This document shows, one piece after another, positions 58,242 through 64,000 of a DNA stretch of 64,000 nt. The notes below the pieces were generated by a model, which was not told the DNA's origin, did no database searches, and saw only the letters and a list, made by a program, of their open reading frames with translations. The DNA is taken from IMG/VR virus record IMGVR_UViG_3300035698_003705, positions 1,366 to 65,365 of that record, one strand, 5' to 3'. This DNA comes from a virus (taxonomy: Duplodnaviria; Caudoviricetes). Numbering within the stretch: position 1 is the first letter of the stretch; every line of letters starts with the position of its first letter. The position numbers and the translations under genes are program-made.

Positions 58242-58559
58242 ATGGATGCTTTGTTAGAATACACATGCCTGCCGTCCTTGCCTCTGTTACTGGCTATGTA
58301 TGCCGTTGCGTACACCATCCAGAACAAGTTGACCCTGTTGATGGGTCGGTGGCAATGGTTAGATATGATGTTAGAATGTGATTTTTGTTGCGGTGTACAT
58401 GGAGGATGGATTACTTGGCTTCTTTTCTTTTTGGCCTTAAACAAGTTTCAGCCCACCTGGTGGCAAAACTTGGCAACAGTTATACTCTGGGCTGCTATAG
58501 GAGGTGCCGAATGTGTTTTTTTTCAATGCCTTCCCAAAGTATGTGGTCCCAGACTATAA
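58242..58559 (+). CDS. Small membrane protein (DUF1360-like, possible holin)
   Basis: Hydrophobic helices around MLECDFCCGVH. Confidence 0.55.
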   Translation: MDALLEYTCLPSLPLLLAMYAVAYTIQNKLTLLMGRWQWLDMMLECDFCCGVHGGWITWLLFFLALNKFQPTWWQNLATVILWAAIGGAECVFFQCLPKVCGPRL

Positions 58560-58568
58560 GGACGACAG

Positions 58569-58853
58569 ATGAGTACAAAAAAAGATCCAGAGGCTGGTAA
58601 ATCCTGTAAAGTACTGACACCCTCAGCTAAACTCAGGGCCGGTACCTATGCTAACGCTTTCAGGATAATCCCAGACGTAGGAGAAGAACTCCTCCTGGAC
58701 TTTTGCGTATATACACAAACAGAACAAGAAGCCTCAGTAGTGCAAAGGATAAGAGTAACTAAAAAACTACTCGAAGTTATTAAACACAGAGTGGATGAAG
58801 CACTGCTGGTATCAGAACTAGAGGACGAACCAAACGACCTTTTCCTTAACTAA
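58569..58853 (+). CDS. DUF3467-like protein
   Basis: GTYANAF..ELLLDF..VQRIRVT. Confidence 0.6.
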   Translation: MSTKKDPEAGKSCKVLTPSAKLRAGTYANAFRIIPDVGEELLLDFCVYTQTEQEASVVQRIRVTKKLLEVIKHRVDEALLVSELEDEPNDLFLN

Positions 58854-58864
58854 GGAGCCCGGCA

Positions 58865-60313
58865 ATGGCTACAACATATACCCCAGGTTTCACACTCACT
58901 AGAGGCGATCTAGATATTTTCTTGGTAGATAGCGGAGATAACCCCACGCAAGCAGCGGAAATCTACTTCGCTCTCTATTATGTAGACCCAGGCCCGCCAG
59001 AAGTAGAAGTGCTTATAGGCCCAGCTCAAAGGACCCCAGTAAACCCACAGATAGGCGAATACTACGCAGCACTACAGATACCACCATCTGCTACACTAGG
59101 CTCCTACCGCATTAGATGGGACTTCAGAGAGTATATATCTAACCCACTAACACAAGTGGTACAAGAGTTTATAGTAGAGTCCCCTACAGGATCACTACAC
59201 GTTTCAAGCAATACTTCGGCTGAACAAAATATGATAGACACACTGAGACTTCTCCTCCGCGATTCTAACCCAGATAAGTTCTATCACTTCAGACCACCTG
59301 AGTATGAAGGATCAATAGGACGCTATAACAGAGTCTTCGGACAGATCTGGGAAGATGCAGAACTGTTCCAATATCTTGGCAGATCCCTAGACTGGTACAA
59401 TATGTTCCCACCGCTAACACAAGGGATTAGGGACCTAGACGCTCTTACTGCTCAAATGCCCGCTTGGCGGACTGCTATTGAATGGGGGGCTATCTCACAC
59501 GCATGTTTTGCTCTCTCTCTGAATTGGGTTGCAGATGAGTTTTCTGTTTGTGGCAACAGCCTCGTAACTATTTACTTGCCAGACCTCAGAGTCCTAAACA
59601 TTCCCATTGAATCGTTATACTCAATCTGTTGCGGCGACCTTGTGGTATCCCCTATTAAAGAAGCCTTCCAAAAAGGACATCTGTTAGTAGGCACCGTTGA
59701 CCCTGAGACTGGGGCTATCAGTAAAGCACCCTTTGTAGATGTGCTACAACACAAATCAGAAAAAAAGCCGCTAGTAAAACTCATACTAGATGATGGCAGG
59801 TCCATAGTAACCACAACAGACCACTCACTGTTCCAACACGATGGCTGGTCTGGGATCGTTCCCGTTGCAGCAGAGCACCTCAAAGCAGGCTCCTATATCG
59901 TAACCGCAAGTGTAGGCGGGCTGGCAGAACGACCCATTACTGAAAAGTATGAAGTGACCCCCGAAGAATACACATACGACCTGTCTGTACCAGGAACGGA
60001 AAACTTCATTCTGTCCAACGGTATCTTGGCCCACAATTCCTATTCCATAGGAGGTGTCAGCCTTGATATTGAAAAATCCTCGAAATATGAATCCCTCAAA
60101 TCAAACGCAGACTCCATGTTCGATAAAGCAACTGAGGCCAAAGCCAGGACCGTGAAATTTATTAGAGGGTTGCAGCAGCCCCGCTTTGGGATAGGCGTTA
60201 GAAGCGCCTTCGGACCGGCCGTTGGTCGAGGTGTTCTCTCACCGAGAAGCTTTTTAGTTTTGCCTTTCCTCTTGACATTGCACCCTTTTTTCACTATTCT
60301 ATTTGGAGGTTAG
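58865..60313 (+). CDS. Putative neck/head-completion structural protein containing an intein
   Basis: Ig-like N-domain, LRLLLRD..W.DAEL adaptor-like helical region, YSIGGVSL and a Hint insert. Confidence 0.65.
   Translation: MATTYTPGFTLTRGDLDIFLVDSGDNPTQAAEIYFALYYVDPGPPEVEVLIGPAQRTPVNPQIGEYYAALQIPPSATLGSYRIRWDFREYISNPLTQVVQEFIVESPTGSLHVSSNTSAEQNMIDTLRLLLRDSNPDKFYHFRPPEYEGSIGRYNRVFGQIWEDAELFQYLGRSLDWYNMFPPLTQGIRDLDALTAQMPAWRTAIEWGAISHACFALSLNWVADEFSVCGNSLVTIYLPDLRVLNIPIESLYSICCGDLVVSPIKEAFQKGHLLVGTVDPETGAISKAPFVDVLQHKSEKKPLVKLILDDGRSIVTTTDHSLFQHDGWSGIVPVAAEHLKAGSYIVTASVGGLAERPITEKYEVTPEEYTYDLSVPGTENFILSNGILAHNSYSIGGVSLDIEKSSKYESLKSNADSMFDKATEAKARTVKFIRGLQQPRFGIGVRSAFGPAVGRGVLSPRSFLVLPFLLTLHPFFTILFGG
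59543..60037 (+). mobile_element. Mini-intein (165 aa, no endonuclease domain)
   Basis: N-terminal SVCGNSLV, block B TTTDHSLF, block F YDLSVPGTENF, and terminal HN followed by Ser. Confidence 0.9.
60272..60300 (+). promoter_or_regulatory. Sigma70 consensus promoter
   Basis: TTGACA-N17-TATTCT directly upstream of the endonuclease gene. Confidence 0.75.
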
Positions 60314-60332
60314 ACTAACAAGAGGTTTTATT

Positions 60333-61658
60333 ATGTCAATTTGTCCTTATTGTGGTAGAGAGTTTCCTGGTGCCAAAGTTAATTCTAGGCATCTTTCAAA
60401 ATGTGACTTTGCTGTAATTGATAAAGGGCCCCCGTGCCTTTGTGGGCATGTGAGTACCAGCAAGACTCAAATGAAAAGACACCGCAGGGATTGTGCTGTT
60501 TGGCAGAGCAGGGATAAAAAGGCTGTCACAAAAGAGCGGACAAGGCAGACTTGCCTAGAGCGTTATGGTGTCGAGGATGCCACGCAACTCCCAGAATTCC
60601 TGGCCAAGCGTGCTGAGACAAATAAAATTAGATATGGTGCTGCCAATCCTTTTAGTAAGGAGGCTACTACTTTTTCAAAGGTCCAGAAGGCTTTGGATGG
60701 GAAGCGCCCGATCCTTAAGGGAGAGGACAACCCTTTTGCTAAACCTGAAGTCAAAGAAAAGATTCGTCAGCATTGGCAGGAGCATCATGGGGTGGATAAC
60801 CCCATGCAAGTGCTCGAAATCAGGAAACGCACCAGGCAGACCAATTTAGAGCGTTATGGGCAAGAGGAATTATTGGCTTCCCCTGAAATCCGTAAAAAGA
60901 TCAGGGCTACTTGCGAAGAAATCTATGGGGGTCCCTCCCCAGCATGTTCCCCCGAAGTTATGCAGAAAGCCCGTGCAACTAATATGGAAAGGTTTGGAGT
61001 ACCTTGGACTGCTATGGACCCTGATGTTCGGAGGAAGCAGCTAGAGACAATGGTAGAACACTGGGGGAGCCACTTCTTCGCTTCTGATGAGGGAAAGGCA
61101 GCCATCAAGTCTGCGGTCTTTGAAAAGTATGGCACAGACCATTACATGAGGACCGAAGGGGCCTGGAAAAGGTTAGAGTCTATTTTTATGGCGAAGTACG
61201 GTGTTAAGCATCCTTTACAATTGGAAAGCTTTAGAGAAAAACAAAGGGCTACTAATACAAGGTTGTACGGAACGCCTTTTGTAGGGCTCAGGAAGAAAGG
61301 GGCCAATCTGTTTGAGCAGAAAGTAAATGCTTTATGCCCCGAACTACTCTTTACGGGTGACGGGGCTTTCTGGCGAAAACTCCCCACCTTAAATGCTTAT
61401 AAGAACCCTGACTTTATCTTGCCAGGTCCTGATCCTCAACACCCCAAACAAGGTGTCACTAAAGTTGTCGAAGCTTTTGGAGATTTCTGGCACTCCCGCA
61501 TGTTTACAGGCAAAGCCCCCTTCGATCATGAACAAGAGCTGATACAAGCTTTCAAGGATATCGGAATTGCTTGTCTGGTTGTGTGGGAGTCTGAAGTTAA
61601 GAAACAGCCCCAAGAAACAGCTGCACGCCTCGTGTCCTTTATTACAAGCACCCTTTAG
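60333..61658 (+). CDS. Homing-type endonuclease: Zn fingers, (T..ERYG) DNA-binding repeats and a Vsr/DUF559-like nuclease
   Basis: CPYC..H..C; repeated TCLERYG/TNLERYG units; PDF..EAFGDFWH..VWESE. Confidence 0.8.
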   Translation: MSICPYCGREFPGAKVNSRHLSKCDFAVIDKGPPCLCGHVSTSKTQMKRHRRDCAVWQSRDKKAVTKERTRQTCLERYGVEDATQLPEFLAKRAETNKIRYGAANPFSKEATTFSKVQKALDGKRPILKGEDNPFAKPEVKEKIRQHWQEHHGVDNPMQVLEIRKRTRQTNLERYGQEELLASPEIRKKIRATCEEIYGGPSPACSPEVMQKARATNMERFGVPWTAMDPDVRRKQLETMVEHWGSHFFASDEGKAAIKSAVFEKYGTDHYMRTEGAWKRLESIFMAKYGVKHPLQLESFREKQRATNTRLYGTPFVGLRKKGANLFEQKVNALCPELLFTGDGAFWRKLPTLNAYKNPDFILPGPDPQHPKQGVTKVVEAFGDFWHSRMFTGKAPFDHEQELIQAFKDIGIACLVVWESEVKKQPQETAARLVSFITSTL

Positions 61659-61805
61659 TAGTACCACAGTGCTGAAAGACTACTGGCATTCCTAATGGGA
61701 TCTACAGACAAGGCTGCTTGGCAGTAAGCACATTAGTTTCATTATCAGAATCTATTTATTAGTTAGTGGTTTATCTGTTTTACAGAACCGATGGGGTTTT
61801 TACAA

Positions 61806-62963
61806 ATGAGTGATCTAAAGAAAGCAGTTATCAAATTGGCTAAAGAAAATCCTGAATTGCGGAAGCATTTAGTCCCTCTCATTAAGAAAGAGGCTGCTAT
61901 TGGTAAAAAATATGAGCTGACAGATGAGAAGAAAGGCAGTTTGACTCGCATTAGGGCCCTAAGAGACATTCCTAAACGTAGGGTAAAAACAGGTGACCTT
62001 GGAGGGTGGGTTGAATCAGAAGCCAATCTCAGTCACGATGGTTTATGCTGGATATATGATAAAGCTAAGGTTTTTGATAGGGCCCTTGTTGATGATGACG
62101 CAGGGGTCCATAGCAATGTTCAAGTCAGTGGCAGTGCTCAAGTCTACGGTAGTGCACACATTTATGATGATGTTCAAGTCAGTGGCAGTGCTCAAGTCTA
62201 CGGTGAGGCACAGGTCTATGAGGGTGCTAAGGTATACGATGACGCCCATGTATATGGTAGTGCACAGATACTCGGCTCTGCTAAGGTTTTCCACAGAGCC
62301 AAGGTGTACGGCAAATCCGCTGTAGGGGGTACTGCTACGATCTACGGACAGGCTCAAGTTTTTGATTATGCCGGAGTATATGGCGATGCTCGTCTTTATA
62401 ATGAGGCCAAGGTTTTTGGCAATGCTAGGGTGTATGGATCTGCCATATTGTTTGGTAGAGCCATAGTATATAACAATGCCCAGCTATACGGTGATGCTAG
62501 GGCATATGACAATGCAGGGCTTTCGGCCTCTTCTAAAGTATACGACAGTGCTAAGATATATGGTACGGCTAAGGTTCACGGCACTGCGGAAGTGTTTGGT
62601 AGGGCACAGGTCTATGAGGGTGCTTTCATTACAGAAAATGCTAAGGTGTATGACTTCGCCCGTGTTTATGAAGATGCACAGATTCGTGGTGATGCAAGGG
62701 TGTTAGGCTGGGCTAAGATCTATGGCAAGGCTTGGATCAGAGACAAAGCATATATTTCTGGTAAGCCTGAAATATATGGCAATGCTAGTGTGTCTGGCTC
62801 TGCTCAGGTATATGACACAGCCCAAGTTTCAGGTCAATCTAAGGTGTACGGTGAGGCTGAAGTGTATGACAATGCCTTTGTCGCTGGTAAGGCACAGGTC
62901 TCAGGGAAGGCTAGGGTTTTTGGTGATCAGCTTGTGGGGGGGGACCAGAAGATTTTTCAGTAG
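61806..62963 (+). CDS. Hexapeptide-repeat (left-handed beta-helix) protein, copy 1
   Basis: KYELTD..RIRALRD..GDLGGWVESE.NL followed by AxVxGx repeats. Confidence 0.85.
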   Translation: MSDLKKAVIKLAKENPELRKHLVPLIKKEAAIGKKYELTDEKKGSLTRIRALRDIPKRRVKTGDLGGWVESEANLSHDGLCWIYDKAKVFDRALVDDDAGVHSNVQVSGSAQVYGSAHIYDDVQVSGSAQVYGEAQVYEGAKVYDDAHVYGSAQILGSAKVFHRAKVYGKSAVGGTATIYGQAQVFDYAGVYGDARLYNEAKVFGNARVYGSAILFGRAIVYNNAQLYGDARAYDNAGLSASSKVYDSAKIYGTAKVHGTAEVFGRAQVYEGAFITENAKVYDFARVYEDAQIRGDARVLGWAKIYGKAWIRDKAYISGKPEIYGNASVSGSAQVYDTAQVSGQSKVYGEAEVYDNAFVAGKAQVSGKARVFGDQLVGGDQKIFQ

Positions 62964-63093
62964 CCCCGTAAGTCTGAAAAGAACTAAACACCCAACCCCC
63001 TTTTCTTGACCCCCTTACTCCCGTTAGTTTTATTATCAGAATGCTTTTATTAGTTAGTGTTTTGTTTTTTACCCTTAGGGTGGAGTTTTACAA

Positions 63094-63975
63094 ATGAGTG
63101 ATCTAAGAAACGGCTTGATCAAATTGGCAAAAGAGAATCCTGATTTACGAAAGCATTTGGTACCTTTAATTAAGCAGGCTGCTCAACTAATTAAGCAGGC
63201 TGCTCAACCTAAATATGAGCTGACTGATATTAGAAAAGGCAAACTTACTCGTATTCGTGCTTTGAGAGATATTCCCAGGATGCAGGTTAAAATAGGAGAC
63301 CTTGGCGGTTGGGTTGGATCTGAAAAGAATCTTGACCAAAAGGGTGGTTGCTGGATCCATAATAATGCCAAAGTCTATGACGATGCCAAGGTATCTGACG
63401 ATGCCAAGGTATCTGACGATGCCGAGGTTTTTGGTAAAGTTCAGGTCTTTGACAACGCTGAAATATTTGGTAAAGCCCAAGTGTCAGGCAAGGCCTTTGT
63501 CTCTGATAATGCCAAAGTCTATGACGATGCACAAGTTTATGATAATGCCTTGGTCTCTGGTAATGCCAAAGTTTTTAGTAATGCCGAGGTTTTTGGTAAA
63601 GCTCAGGTCTATGTCTATGCCAATGTATCTGGCAGAGCCTATGTGTTTGGCAGAGCCAAGGTATCTGGCAATGCCGTGGTCAAGGATAACGCTCAAGTTT
63701 TTGACAGTGCCAAGGTCTATGCCAATGTATCTGGCAGAGCCGAGGTTTTTGGTAATGCCCAAGTGTCTGGCAATGCCTTTGTCTCTGATAAGGCCAAGGT
63801 ATCTGGCAATGCTCAGGTCTATGATAACGCCCAAGTTTTTGACAGTGCCGTGGTCAAGGATAACGCCCAAGTGTCTGGCAATGCTCATGTTTATGGCAAG
63901 GCTGAAATCACAGGGGAAATGGTGGTTGGTGGTAATCTAGTAGTGAAAGAAACCCCGCAGTCTGAAAAGAACTAA
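63094..63975 (+). CDS. Hexapeptide-repeat (left-handed beta-helix) protein, copy 2
   Basis: Paralog of the previous gene with the same N-terminal leader. Confidence 0.85.
   Translation: MSDLRNGLIKLAKENPDLRKHLVPLIKQAAQLIKQAAQPKYELTDIRKGKLTRIRALRDIPRMQVKIGDLGGWVGSEKNLDQKGGCWIHNNAKVYDDAKVSDDAKVSDDAEVFGKVQVFDNAEIFGKAQVSGKAFVSDNAKVYDDAQVYDNALVSGNAKVFSNAEVFGKAQVYVYANVSGRAYVFGRAKVSGNAVVKDNAQVFDSAKVYANVSGRAEVFGNAQVSGNAFVSDKAKVSGNAQVYDNAQVFDSAVVKDNAQVSGNAHVYGKAEITGEMVVGGNLVVKETPQSEKN
63168..63209 (+). repeat. 21-nt tandem duplication encoding IKQAAQL
   Basis: AATTAAGCAGGCTGCTCAAC occurs twice in tandem. Confidence 0.85.
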
Positions 63976-64000
63976 ACATCAAACCCCTTTTTTTCTCTTG

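Noticed and set aside
555-62987. TAG stop-codon reassignment or read-through (TAG at 555 and 9107 is in frame with the next gene; TAG at 62961 precedes PRKSEKN)
   Set aside because: Long genes are intact under the standard code, many TAG stops are followed by out-of-frame genes or terminators, and the downstream genes have their own RBS.
63302-63940. 212-aa alternative-frame ORF with MPRYL repeats, and similar shadow ORFs at 61993-62706 and 63484-63888
   Set aside because: These are by-products of the 18-nt hexapeptide periodicity of the real genes and have no RBS.
61806-63975. Diversity-generating retroelement template and variable repeats
   Set aside because: No reverse transcriptase is in the window, and the differences between copies are not visibly adenine-restricted.
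1-64000. tRNA, rRNA or other structured RNA genes
   Set aside because: Intergenic gaps are short and no cloverleaf or T-loop consensus was recognised. A tRNAscan/Infernal run would be needed to exclude them fully.

Overview
A 64 kb segment of a large tailed dsDNA phage (jumbo-phage-like Caudoviricetes), with almost all genes on the + strand and the standard genetic code. Bases 1-16 kb hold a recombination, repair and replication module: RuvC-like resolvase, RecA, a split SbcC with SbcD, polynucleotide kinase-phosphatase, nucleotidyltransferase, HU, Cas4/RecB-like nuclease, beta clamp, primase, DnaX, a NusG paralog and a sigma-region-4 protein. Bases 16-42 kb hold the head module: terminase, portal, prohead protease, scaffold, decoration protein and an HK97-fold capsid. 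Between portal and protease lies about 10 kb of enzyme and polyvalent genes: a 2H phosphoesterase, a CCA-adding enzyme fused to a PPase-like domain, DUF5661 plus zincin, and topoisomerase IB plus two zincins. These and several other unrelated late proteins share a short terminal peptide, [KR]-[LIV]-A-x-R-[YW]-L, and K-x-A motifs at domain junctions. I infer a capsid-loading tag and protease-release code for an injected counter-defence payload; this is the main candidate novel system. Bases 42-64 kb contain a nuclease-methyltransferase fusion, a second methyltransferase, SpeD, two paralog triplets of structural proteins, a neck-like protein with a mini-intein, a homing-type endonuclease and a tandemly duplicated beta-helix gene cassette. 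All calls come from reading motifs by eye; no database searches were run.
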